A stretch of 64,000 nucleotides of DNA from Dehalococcoidia bacterium (GTDB taxonomy: Bacteria; Chloroflexota; Dehalococcoidia; DSTF01; RBG-16-68-14): the NCBI GenBank assembly GCA_040882355.1, contig JBBEBM010000047.1, positions 1 to 64,000 of the forward strand, in the 5' to 3' direction. This document shows positions 38,019 through 47,464 of this stretch, piece by piece. A model generated the notes under the pieces. The model had not been told where the DNA came from and ran no database searches. It saw only the letters and a list, made by a program, of their open reading frames with translations. Every line of letters starts with the position of its first letter. Position 1 is the first letter of the stretch. Both the position numbers and the translations under genes were made by a program.

Positions 38019-38602
38019 GGGACACGATACCTCCTTTTGATTGACCAGTCCGTTTGGCAAAAGCGCGTTTCTGAGCGGTCGACCTCCGAAGCCAGAAGAC
38101 GGGCAGTACTGCGGTCGGTGAATCTGGAGGGGCGTTTGATTGATCGCAACGCTGTTCTGGCATGCCCTGTCCTCGTGGGTCTGCGGGTGGAAAACGCGCA
38201 GCATCCAGCGGGCGATGTCATTCCGCTCGGCAAAATCGTGGTTCCTTGCTGGCCCATGGCGGATCGCCTCCTCGATTCGAAGCAAACGCGGGGTGTCGCT
38301 AGCAGGGCACACCTATACAGACTTATCGAGCGGTAGGATAAGGCTGGAGCGAGAGAGCGCGGAGGGGGCGGTGGCACCCGGGTGCGAGGCTCGATGTAGG
38401 AGGCGGGAGGGGAAGAGCGAAAGGGTGGTGCCTGCGCCCTACCTGGGGCGGGGCGCGGGCTGTCACAGGATTAAGACGAGCATATCACGGCAAATGGATG
38501 GACAAGGCCTGGCGAGAGGAGGTATCATGGCGCCCACGGAACCAGGCTGACTGATACGGCGCAACGACGGCTTTGCTTGCTCAATTGGAGCAGGATGATA
38601 CC

Positions 38603-40279
38603 ATGGCGAGCCGACCCCTGGCGCTTGGACTCATTGCATTAGTCGCTCTGGTGGCGATGCTGGTGCTGGTCGCGCTGCCGCGGGCCGCTGCGAACCCCGT
38701 GGGCGGCGTGGCCGCCATCTCCGCCGAGAGTGTCCACACCTGCCTCCTGACCCCAGGCGGCGGGATGCAGTGCTGGGGCGAGAACGTGGTGGGCGAGGTG
38801 GGGACGGGAGCGTTCTCACTGCGGGAACGCTTCCCGACCGATGTGACGGGACTGGGCTCCGGCGTGGCGGAGATCGCGGCCGGCAGTTGCGCCCTGCTGG
38901 AGGACACGTCCGTCAAGTGCTGGGGTGGCAACACCTACGGACAGGTGGGGGACGGCACGACGACGCACCGGAACACGCCGGTCGACGTCTGCGTTGAGTA
39001 CGACGCCGCCCAGCAGCAGTGCCTCCAGCCGCTCACTGGCGTCGCGGCGCTCGGCGGGACGAGCCTCCACACCTGCGCCCTGATGTTGAACAGCACGGTG
39101 AAGTGCTGGGGCCGGAACGAGTGGGGCCAGCTCGGCGACGGGACGGTCGGAGATGGCGACCCGTTCACGCAGGACAACAACCGTACTACGGCGGTGGACG
39201 TCTGCGCGGTGTACGACGAGACAGCGCAGCAGTGCAACGAGCTCCTCACAGGGGTTGCGATGGTTTCCGTTGGCGCGAACTACACCTGCGCGGTCCTGAC
39301 CGCTGGCACGGCGAAGTGCTGGGGTTCGAACACCGCGGGACAGCTTGGCCACGGCGCGGGCGGCATCCTCGATCCGGAGGCCCAAGGGACGCCCGTGGAC
39401 GTTTGCCGGGTGTTCGATGTGGCCGCTGACGAATGCAGTGCAACTCAGACAGGTCTCCAGGCGATCGACGCAGCACTGTTGCACACGTGCGCCCTGACCA
39501 CCACAGGCGGCGTGAAATGCTGGGGCGCGGTTGACTTTGGTGCCCTAGGCGACAACCTGGGATGCGACACCGACGGTGACTTCGTGTGCCACGAGCCCGT
39601 GGACGTCGTCGGACTCCAGACAGGAGTGAACGCTGTCACCGTGGGCAGCTCTCACACATGCGCATTGACCGTCGCGGGCGGCGTGAAGTGCTGGGGGCAC
39701 AACTTCAATCCGGCTCGGATCGGCGATGGCGGCGCCTGCGGCTTCGAGTGCCCGGTGCCGGTCGATGTGCCAGCGCTGACCAACGATGTGGTGCAGGTCG
39801 AAGCCGGCAGCATTCATACCTGCGCCCTGACGGAAGACGGCGCGATCTGGTGCTGGGGTGGCAACTTCTACGGCCAGCTCGGCGGCGCCCAGTGCTGCAT
39901 GGACACGGATGTCTCGGTGCAGGTGGTGGCTGGCGTGAAGCCGACGCCTACGGCCACAGCCTCGCCGACGATTACCGCCACGCCCTCGACCTCAGCGACA
40001 CGCCCCGTCACCGCAACGGCGTCCGCGACCGCTACGGCCAAAGGGAGGGGGACGGTCGCGCCAACGACCGTCAGCCCGACCGCGACCGTGGCGCCCGGAA
40101 CAGCCACGCCTACGCAGGCCGCTGGGGCGATTGGGCTCCCGGAGGCGGGCGCCGGAACCGCGGCGCCGGACGAGGCGGATGCGGTTGCGGCGCTGGTCGG
40201 GGCGGCCGGTCTCGCGCTCGGCGCTGGGGCCCTGTGGCGGAGATGGTCCCGCGAAGCGCGAAAGGAGGCCCGGCGATGA
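38603..40279 (+). CDS. Surface protein: RCC1 repeats + Thr/Pro/Ala linker + LPEAG sorting signal, TM helix and basic tail
   Basis: Signal peptide; HTC..VKCWG.N..GQLG repeats; PTPTATASP linker; GLPEAG..AVAALVGAAGLALGAGALWRRWSR. Confidence 0.85.
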   Translation: MASRPLALGLIALVALVAMLVLVALPRAAANPVGGVAAISAESVHTCLLTPGGGMQCWGENVVGEVGTGAFSLRERFPTDVTGLGSGVAEIAAGSCALLEDTSVKCWGGNTYGQVGDGTTTHRNTPVDVCVEYDAAQQQCLQPLTGVAALGGTSLHTCALMLNSTVKCWGRNEWGQLGDGTVGDGDPFTQDNNRTTAVDVCAVYDETAQQCNELLTGVAMVSVGANYTCAVLTAGTAKCWGSNTAGQLGHGAGGILDPEAQGTPVDVCRVFDVAADECSATQTGLQAIDAALLHTCALTTTGGVKCWGAVDFGALGDNLGCDTDGDFVCHEPVDVVGLQTGVNAVTVGSSHTCALTVAGGVKCWGHNFNPARIGDGGACGFECPVPVDVPALTNDVVQVEAGSIHTCALTEDGAIWCWGGNFYGQLGGAQCCMDTDVSVQVVAGVKPTPTATASPTITATPSTSATRPVTATASATATAKGRGTVAPTTVSPTATVAPGTATPTQAAGAIGLPEAGAGTAAPDEADAVAALVGAAGLALGAGALWRRWSREARKEARR

Positions 40280-40334
40280 GATAGGCAGCGATACCGGCGG
40301 AACGAGGATCAAGAGCTAGATGGAGGGAACAACC

Positions 40335-42058
40335 ATGAAGGTTCGCGCCAAGTCACTGGCGGCAGCTCTCGTACTGGCCGCCCTCATCATCGGCATCCAG
40401 CTCGTCAACCCGAGAGAACGAGCGTTCCTCGGCGGGTGCGGGCTGGTGGACGCGGCGGTCTGGCAGGAGATCCAGACGAACGGGCAGACGGACGTGATCA
40501 TCTCCCTGCAGTGGCCGGACGAGCCACTCGGCGACCCCGAGCTGTACGACCTGCAGGCGTGGACGGCGCAGAAACAGGCGGCCGTGCTCAAAGACGTGCC
40601 GGAGCCTGACTTCACGGTCTCGTCGCAATACGAGACGGTCCCGGCGCTGGCGGGACCCCTGACCGCGGATGGAGCGAGCACGCTCGACTGCCATCCGGAC
40701 GTGCTGAGCGTCGACGCGGAGTTCCCGGTTGAGCTCTACCTGGGCGAAAGCGTGCCGCTGATCGGCGCCGCGGATGCACACGCAGCGGGGGTGCTGGGCC
40801 AGGGCGTGGACGTTGCGGTGCTCGACACCGGCATCGACAGCGATCACGCTGACCTCGCAGACGACATCATCGGCGGCAGGTGCTACCTGCCCGGTGATGC
40901 GCTTTATCCTTGCCCTGCGTTCCCCGCGTTCCCGGCCGAGGACGACCACTTCGTGGGGCACGGCACCCACGTCAGCGGCATTATCTCCTCGGGCGGCGTG
41001 CTCGCGGCGGAGGGCGTCGCCCCCGATGTCAACATCTTCGCCTACAAGGTGTTCAGCGCCTTGGGCGAGACATCGTGGGAGGTGATCCTCAAGGCGATCA
41101 ACGACATCCTGACCAACCAGCAGGGGCAGTTCGCGGCGATCAACATGAGCTTCGGCGGCGGCCACTTCACTCCCGAGCAACAGCCGGACTGTGACGGCGC
41201 CGTCGAGGGCTTGACCAGAGCACTTCGGCTCCTGCGGGTGCAAGGTACGCTGCCGTTCGCCGCCAGCGGCAACAACGGCAGCTCCACCGGGCTCGGCTAC
41301 CCGGCCTGCCTGGAGGAAGTCGTCGCGGTGGGCGCCACGTACGACTCGCCGCTCAGCGGGCCCACGAGCTGCAACCCTACCACGGATGCCGACCAGGTCG
41401 CCTGCTTCTCCAACTCGTCAGCCATGCTCGATCTGCTCGCGCCCGGTGTGGACACGCTGTCTGACTTCCCGTGCAATCCGGGCGAGCCTGCGGAGCTGTG
41501 CACCGAACCGCTCTCCGGCACGTCGATGGCCTCGCCCCATGCGGTCGGCGTCGCGGCGCTGTTGAAGAGCATCATGCCGGGTCTGACGCCGGACGAGGTC
41601 GAGGACGTCCTGAAGCGAACGGGCGTTGAAGTACAGGACACCAGGAACGGCCTGATCAAGTCGCGCATCGACGCGCGGGCAGCGGTGCTGGACGACGATT
41701 TCGACCTGGACGGCTGCATCAACGGCAAGGAGATCGGCGCCAACGCGGCGCTCGGCGGTCTGCGCAACCCGGACTGGTTCTGGGACTTCATGGACCAGTA
41801 CACGGGCGCGCCCCTCGCGAGAGATCGCACCATCGCGATTAGCGACATCGGCGCGGTAGTGTCGCGATTCGGCACGAGCGGGAACCCTCTGGGTGACCCG
41901 TTGAAGCGCCGGCAGCCGCCACGGGCTACCACACGATCGCTGACCGAAACGGCTCCTTCCCGGGCGGCGATCCCTGGGACCTGAGACCTCCCGATGGGAC
42001 GGTCGCGATTGCGGACATTGGAGCGGTGGTAGGACAGTTCGGGCATAGGTGCGCGTAG
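40335..42058 (+). CDS. Secreted S8 subtilase with C-terminal 'flexitail'-type module (frameshift near 41907)
   Basis: Catalytic [24 protein letters not shown]; the tail continues in the -1 frame to QFGHRCA* at 42058. Confidence 0.88.
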
Positions 42059-42083
42059 CAGCGTTGTTCTCCGTTTGCATTGG

Positions 42084-42119
42084 CAGGGGCCGGCGGAACA
42101 CATCCGGCGGCCCCTGTTT
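42084..42119 (+). terminator. Hairpin terminator after the protease
   Basis: CAGGGGCCG...CGGCCCCTG-TTT. Confidence 0.6.
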
Positions 42120-42261
42120 GCGTAGGAGACTCGCAGCCGGCGGCGGTTGCTGTGCCCGAGGCGTTTGGGTTGTACAGATGCCAACACGGCGCTCCGACAA
42201 GGGCCCACCTGCGCGCGACCGAGGTCTTGATCGGGGCGATTTGGCCGCGCTATCGTGGAGC

Positions 42262-43977
42262 ATGGACGATCCGCACAACGCCTCCGCCCCGCCCACGTCC
42301 ACTCCGCAAGACACTCCTTCAGGCCCGAGCCACCGTGTCGCCGCAAGCGGCGACCTCGAGGTTTCGACGTACCTGGAGATCGCGCGCGGGCGGGAAGGGG
42401 AGCGCCCCGGCGAGCAGCCCGTGCGTCCGGAGACCGTCGTCGTCCTCGACTTCGGCTCGCAGTACAGCATGCTGATCGCGCGGCGCGTGCGTGAGTGTCG
42501 CGTCTACTGCGAGATGCTGCCGCACGATGCGCCGCGCGAGGAGGTGGAGCGGCTGCGGCCGCGCGCCTTCATCCTCTCGGGCGGGCCGGCTAGTGTGTAC
42601 GACGAGGGCGCCCCGCAGGCGCCCTCGTACGTCTTCGAGATGGGGCTGCCGGTGCTCGGCATCTGCTACGGCATGCAGCTCCTGGCGCACCAGCTCGGCG
42701 GCAAGGTCGCGCCCGGCCCGGCGCGAGAGTACGGCCACGCCGTGATCCACCGCAGCGACAGGACGGACGGCCAATCGGCGATCTTCGAGGGCCTGCCGCC
42801 GAGCATCACCGTCTGGATGAGCCACGGCGACCGCATCGTTCAGCTCCCACCGGGCTTTCACTCGCTGGCGTATTCGGACAACTCGCCGGTGGCGGTGATG
42901 GACAACGGCGACGGGCTGATCGGCCTCCAGTTCCATCCTGAGGTTGTTCACACGCCGCAGGGCAAGCAGCTCCTGGAGAACTTCCTCTACCGCGTCTGCG
43001 GCTGTCGAGGCGACTGGACAGCGGGCAACGTCATCGCCGAGAGCGTGCAGCGCATCCGGAGCGAGGTCGGTCCGGACAACGTGATCTGCGCCCTCTCCGG
43101 CGGCGTCGATTCGGCGGTTGCGGCGGCGCTGGCGCATCGCGCCGTCGGCGATCAGCTCACCTGCATCTTCGTCGACAATGGTCTCCTCCGGCGCGAGGAG
43201 CCGGAGCGCGTCGTCGCCACGTTCCAGCGCCACATGCAGATGAAGCTCGTCCACGTCGACGCGGCGGACCGCTTCCTGGGCGCGCTCGCCGGCGTGATCG
43301 ACCCGGAGGAGAAGCGTCGACGCATAGGCGAGACGTTCATTCGCGTCTTCGAGCAGGAGGCGGACAAGCTCGGGACTTACGAGGCGATCGTCCAGGGCAC
43401 GACCTACCCGGACGTGATCGAGAGCGCCCCGAGGAGCGGCGAGAGTAAGGCAGCGTCCAAGATCAAGACGCACCACAACGTGGGCGGCCTGCCGTCCGAC
43501 ATGACGTTCCGCCTCGTCGAGCCGCTCCGCTACCTGTTCAAGGACGAGGTGCGTCAGGTGGGCGTCGCGCTGGGGCTGCCGGAGGAGATGGTCTACCGCC
43601 AGCCGTTCCCGGGGCCGGGCCTCGCCATCCGCATCATCGGCGAGGTGACGCGCGAGAAGCTGGAGTCGCTGCGCTCCGCCGACTGGGTGGTGATGGACGA
43701 GATCAAGGCCGCGCAGCTCTACCGGGAGCTGTGGCAGTCGTTTGCGGTGCTGACAGACAGCCAGTCGGTGGGGGTCCAGGGCGACTACCGCACGTACGGC
43801 CACGTCGTCGCGGTGCGCGCCGTCACGGCCGAGGACGCGATGACGGCGGACTGGGCGCGCCTCCCCTACGATGTGCTCTCACGCATCGCGAACCGCATCG
43901 TGAACGAGGTGCCCGGCGTGAACCGCGTCGTCTACGACATCACGTCGAAGCCGCCGGGCACGATCGAGTGGGAGTAG
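42262..43977 (+). CDS. guaA: GMP synthase (glutamine-hydrolysing)
   Basis: [50 protein letters not shown]; start uncertain. Confidence 0.97.
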   Translation: MDDPHNASAPPTSTPQDTPSGPSHRVAASGDLEVSTYLEIARGREGERPGEQPVRPETVVVLDFGSQYSMLIARRVRECRVYCEMLPHDAPREEVERLRPRAFILSGGPASVYDEGAPQAPSYVFEMGLPVLGICYGMQLLAHQLGGKVAPGPAREYGHAVIHRSDRTDGQSAIFEGLPPSITVWMSHGDRIVQLPPGFHSLAYSDNSPVAVMDNGDGLIGLQFHPEVVHTPQGKQLLENFLYRVCGCRGDWTAGNVIAESVQRIRSEVGPDNVICALSGGVDSAVAAALAHRAVGDQLTCIFVDNGLLRREEPERVVATFQRHMQMKLVHVDAADRFLGALAGVIDPEEKRRRIGETFIRVFEQEADKLGTYEAIVQGTTYPDVIESAPRSGESKAASKIKTHHNVGGLPSDMTFRLVEPLRYLFKDEVRQVGVALGLPEEMVYRQPFPGPGLAIRIIGEVTREKLESLRSADWVVMDEIKAAQLYRELWQSFAVLTDSQSVGVQGDYRTYGHVVAVRAVTAEDAMTADWARLPYDVLSRIANRIVNEVPGVNRVVYDITSKPPGTIEWE

Positions 43978-44025
43978 AGAGCGAGTACGGAAACCCCTCG
44001 TGCTCCGTGCTAACATGGGAATGCT

Positions 44026-44316
44026 ATGAAGTTCACTGTTGTCCTGGCACCCGAAGCCGACGGCGGCTACTCCGTCATTTGTCCGGCGATCCAGGGCTGC
44101 GTGAGCCAGGGCGATTCGCTGGATGAGGCGCTCGCCAATATCAGGGAGGCGGTGCTGTTATGCATGGAGGTGCGCGGCGAGGACGGCCTGCCGGTGCCCG
44201 TTGAGACGCCGGAGATCATCGCGCGCGAGATCCAGGAGTGCCTCGAGTTCCGGGCGGAGGACGGCAGACCGATGACGATCGAGACGCGAGAGGTGGTTGT
44301 CCCGTCTGCGGGATGA
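44026..44316 (+). CDS. HicB family antitoxin
   Basis: DGGYSVICPAIQGCVSQGDSLDEALANIREA. Confidence 0.88.
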   Translation: MKFTVVLAPEADGGYSVICPAIQGCVSQGDSLDEALANIREAVLLCMEVRGEDGLPVPVETPEIIAREIQECLEFRAEDGRPMTIETREVVVPSAG

Positions 44317-44329
44317 ACCCCGCAGCTTC
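44304..44329 (+). repeat. Palindromic repeat GTCTGCGGG-ATGAAC-CCCGCAG-CTTC (uninterrupted form of 26900-26952)
   Basis: CTGCGGG/CCCGCAG stem; 23/26 identity to the rejoined 26900-26952 flanks. Confidence 0.7.
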
Positions 44330-44365
44330 TCACCTCGTCGGCCAGACGTCGTGATCTGACGCCCT

Positions 44366-44390
44366 GGGCGGCTCGCGAGCCGCCCCTACA
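44366..44390 (-). repeat. GTAG-type REP (TGTAGGGGCGGCTCGCGAGCCGCCC)
   Basis: Perfect palindrome preceded by GTAG on the minus strand. Confidence 0.7.
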
Positions 44391-44477
44391 GCTCCCGCGA
44401 TCCGCTTGTGGCTTGCCCAGCATGACGTACGGAGAGCTTTGCCCCGCCGCAGCGCGCTCTGCCATACTGAAGCTGAG

Positions 44478-45050
44478 ATGGTGGAGCAGATACGAGCGGC
44501 GCTGGCGTCGCATACGCCGAGACGCATCGAGCGGGACGGGCTGCCGCGCGCGGCGGTGCTGATCGCCCTGTACGAGCGCGACGCCACCCACCACGTGATC
44601 CTCCAGGTGCGGAGCGAGACGGTCGAGCACCACAAGGGCCAGATCTCGTTCCCGGGCGGCGCCGAGGACGCAGGCGACGTCGACCTGGTGATGACGGCGC
44701 TGCGCGAGAGCGAGGAGGAGATCGGGCTGCGGCGGGAGCACGTGGACGTGCTGGGTCAGCTCGATGACATCGTCACGATCAGCAATTTCGTCGTCTCACC
44801 CTACGTCGGGCGCGTGACGAAGCCAGGGCCGTACCCCTTCGCAGCGAGCGCCCACGAAGTCGCGGAGCTGCTCGAAGTGCCGCTGCCGTATCTGCACGAC
44901 CCCTCGACGCTGAACCGCGAGCCGGCGCCCTGGCGCGAGCGGCTGGTGCCGCCGCCGTCGTACAGCTTCGGCGGGCACGTGATCTGGGGCGCGACGGCGC
45001 GGGTGCTACAGCAGTTCCTGGAGCTGACGCGCTCGCCAGTTGCGCGATAG
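44478..45050 (+). CDS. Nudix hydrolase, CoA pyrophosphatase (NudL-like)
   Basis: AAVLI, HKGQISFPGG, TALRESEEEIG, IWGATA. Confidence 0.92.
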   Translation: MVEQIRAALASHTPRRIERDGLPRAAVLIALYERDATHHVILQVRSETVEHHKGQISFPGGAEDAGDVDLVMTALRESEEEIGLRREHVDVLGQLDDIVTISNFVVSPYVGRVTKPGPYPFAASAHEVAELLEVPLPYLHDPSTLNREPAPWRERLVPPPSYSFGGHVIWGATARVLQQFLELTRSPVAR

Positions 45051-45066
45051 GCCGCGCAGACGCAAC

Positions 45067-45102
45067 AGCACCGAAAGATTCTTCGCTGCGCTCAGAATGA
45101 CA
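45067..45102. repeat. Half copy of the CTGAGC/GAAG repeat family
   Basis: AGCACCGA-AAGATTCTTCGCTGCGCTCAGAATGACA resembles the right arm of 27795-27899. Confidence 0.65.
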
Positions 45103-45168
45103 AGGGGAATCGCTTACCCATGTCCAGGATGGCCAGCGACCAAGGTACGCGCAGGGGGCTGCCGCCAG

Positions 45169-45831
45169 ATGCGATTACTGCTTATTCGTCACGGCGAATC
45201 GACCGCCAACGCTGAGGGGCGCCTCCAGGGCCACCTCGACTTCGCCCTGAGCGAGCAGGGCCGCCGCGAGAGCGAGCTGCTCGGCGGGCGCTTGACGTCG
45301 CTGGGCGTCGACGCGCTCTACACGAGCACGCTCGCCCGGGCGCGAGAGACGGCGCAGATCGCGGGCGCGTCGCTCGACATAACGCCGGTCGGGCGCGAGG
45401 GGCTGATGGAGCGCGACGTGGGCGCCCTGAGCGGCCTCAACCACATCGAGATCCGCGAGCGCTTCCCGGACTACGTGCGCGCCCGCAGCGAGGGGCGCAT
45501 CGATGTCGAGATCGACGGCTGGGAGTCGTACGCGGACTTCCGCGTCAGGGTGGACGCGACGCTCGACGCGATCGTCGCCGACCACAAGGAGGGGACGGTG
45601 GCCTGCGTGACCCACGGCGGCGTGATCGGCATGTTCCTGCGGCGCGTGCTCGACTTGCCGGTGGTGCGCCCGGTGCCCTTCGCGATCGGCAACACGAGCG
45701 TCAGCACGTTCGAGGTGCCCGACTTCGAGATGGACCCGCGCTTCAACCCGCGCATCCTGCTGATCTCGCTGAACGACACCTGCCACCTGGACGGCCAGCG
45801 TCCCCACGAAGACGCTCCGGACGAAGGCTGA
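45169..45831 (+). CDS. Histidine phosphatase family protein
   Basis: LIRHGES..N..GRLQG, RARETA, VTHGG, LNDTCHL. Confidence 0.92.
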   Translation: MRLLLIRHGESTANAEGRLQGHLDFALSEQGRRESELLGGRLTSLGVDALYTSTLARARETAQIAGASLDITPVGREGLMERDVGALSGLNHIEIRERFPDYVRARSEGRIDVEIDGWESYADFRVRVDATLDAIVADHKEGTVACVTHGGVIGMFLRRVLDLPVVRPVPFAIGNTSVSTFEVPDFEMDPRFNPRILLISLNDTCHLDGQRPHEDAPDEG

Positions 45832-46657
45832 TGGCCGCGCTCGCGGGCGGGTCGCCGTCTGAGCGCGACCCGAAAGGCATCGCGCTCAAGAAATTCGCCT
45901 CGGCAGCGTGCCTGCTCACGGCAGGCGAGATCATCGAGCGCTATGCGACCGGCCTCGAAGTGGTTAGCGAGACGCTGGTCGAGGCCGCGCGGACCGAGCG
46001 CCCAGACTCCCGCATCTGCGAGCTGGGCTTCGGCAGCGGCTGGCTGCTCGAGGACTTGGTCGCGGCGTACCCAGAGGCGGAGCTGTGCGGACTCGACCTG
46101 TCGGCGGGCATGACGGCGCGCGCCCGGGAGCTGTTCGGCGCGGGGATGCCGATCGTGCGCACGACATCGAGCGGCTGCCGTTCGCGGATGGCTCGTTCGA
46201 TGTCGTGCTCACTTGCTGGACGCTCTACTTCATGCGCGACATCGACGCGGCACTGGAGGAGATCAAGCGCACCCTCAAGCCGGGCGGGCGTGTCGTCGCG
46301 GCCACGGTCGCGGCGGACCACTATCGGGAGCTGGGCGAGCTGGAGGCCGAGGCGTGCCGAGCTGTGGGCGTGACGCCGCGGGCCGGCGGCAGCGAGCGCT
46401 TCAACATGGCGACGGGCCTACCGTACATGAAGCGCCACTTCGATCACGTCTACGCGCGCGAGTGGCGCGGCGAGATGACGCTGCCCGACGTCGAGACGAC
46501 GATGCGCTTCTGGGAACTGCTGTGGGCACCCATCGAGGAAGAGGACGGTCGCGACCTCGCGCGGCCCGAGCTGCGACGGCTCGTCGAGCAGCGGACCGCG
46601 CGAGACGGCGCGTTCCGCATGAAGCGTCACGGTGGCGCCTTCGTCGCCAGCAAGTAG
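45831..46657 (+). pseudogene. Class I SAM methyltransferase split by a 1-nt frameshift near 46160
   Basis: ELGFGSG..GLDLSAGM in one frame; DIERLPFADGSFDVV..LKPGG in the next. Confidence 0.8.
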
Positions 46658-46666
46658 CTTTAGATG

Positions 46667-47353
46667 CTACGTCCGAAGCAGGCGCGAGCGCCAGGGCCAC
46701 GTGACGCGCAGGCCCGCCCACGACATGACGACGAAGCCGAGCATGAAGAGCGGCCACTGGAAGTCGGAGGGGCGGCCGTGCGCCACTGCCTCGCGACCAT
46801 CGGGCAGGGCGCCCAGGCCGTCTATGGTGAAGGTGTAGAGCACGACGGCGACTCCCGCCGCGGCGACAGCGGCGTTCGTCCAACTCAGGCGCCAGTTTAC
46901 GCCGCGATCGGCGCCAATGACGGCGGCCGCCCCGCCCACGCACATCACGGCCGCGATGAGCGCTGGCGCGAGCACGGGCCCCCACCACGGCACCGGGATC
47001 AGGAACAAGATGTCCCAGTCGAGCGGCGAGCGCGGCCAGCCTTCGAAGATGGAGAGCCAGCCATAGTAGGCGAGGTCCCAGAGCCCGAAGGCGAAGACGA
47101 AGAAGCCGAGCCGGTCCTGAAGCGTCCGGCCAGCGATCCAGCCCACCGAGAGCAGCATCATGACCGTCGCCGCCTCACGGCCGATCTCGATGGCGACGAA
47201 GCGGTCGAGGGTGGTGGGTAGGTCGCGCATCAGGTCGTCGATGCCGCGCATCTCGCGCAGGTAGGAGACGACCGCCGCCTCCACGTAGGCCATGGCGACG
47301 GCGTACATGGCGACGAACGGCAGGCGGCGACTGCTCTCCCGAGTGCTCTCCAT
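46667..47353 (-). CDS. Conserved hypothetical membrane protein
   Basis: AMAYVEAAVVSYLR, EIGREAAT, WDLAYY, WDILFLIPVPWWGPV. Confidence 0.8.
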   Translation of the reverse strand: MESTRESSRRLPFVAMYAVAMAYVEAAVVSYLREMRGIDDLMRDLPTTLDRFVAIEIGREAATVMMLLSVGWIAGRTLQDRLGFFVFAFGLWDLAYYGWLSIFEGWPRSPLDWDILFLIPVPWWGPVLAPALIAAVMCVGGAAAVIGADRGVNWRLSWTNAAVAAAGVAVVLYTFTIDGLGALPDGREAVAHGRPSDFQWPLFMLGFVVMSWAGLRVTWPWRSRLLRT

Positions 47354-47388
47354 GGTGTCCTGTACTATAACGCGCCGGCCCGGCGAAG

Positions 47389-47417
47389 TTGTCGCGTATC
47401 TGCGGCTCGACTACAAT
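47389..47417 (+). promoter_or_regulatory. Sigma70-type promoter TTGTCG-N17-TACAAT for the his genes
   Basis: Near-consensus spacing and sequence upstream of hisZ. Confidence 0.6.
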
Positions 47418-47464
47418 GGGATGGCCCCCAGCCTCGCGCGGGGGCGTTGTCTACAGGCGACACC

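Noticed and set aside
38019..38312. 98-aa N-terminal extension of TsaC suggested by the ORF track
   Set aside because: A good RBS precedes ATG 38018, and the extension has atypical composition and no motif.
42060..42262. Purine riboswitch upstream of guaA
   Set aside because: No recognisable purine aptamer core; the hairpin present is better explained as the protease terminator.
42262..42430. GuaA N-terminal extension as a novelty
   Set aside because: Low-complexity, start uncertain, and similar extensions are recalled for Dehalococcoidia GuaA.
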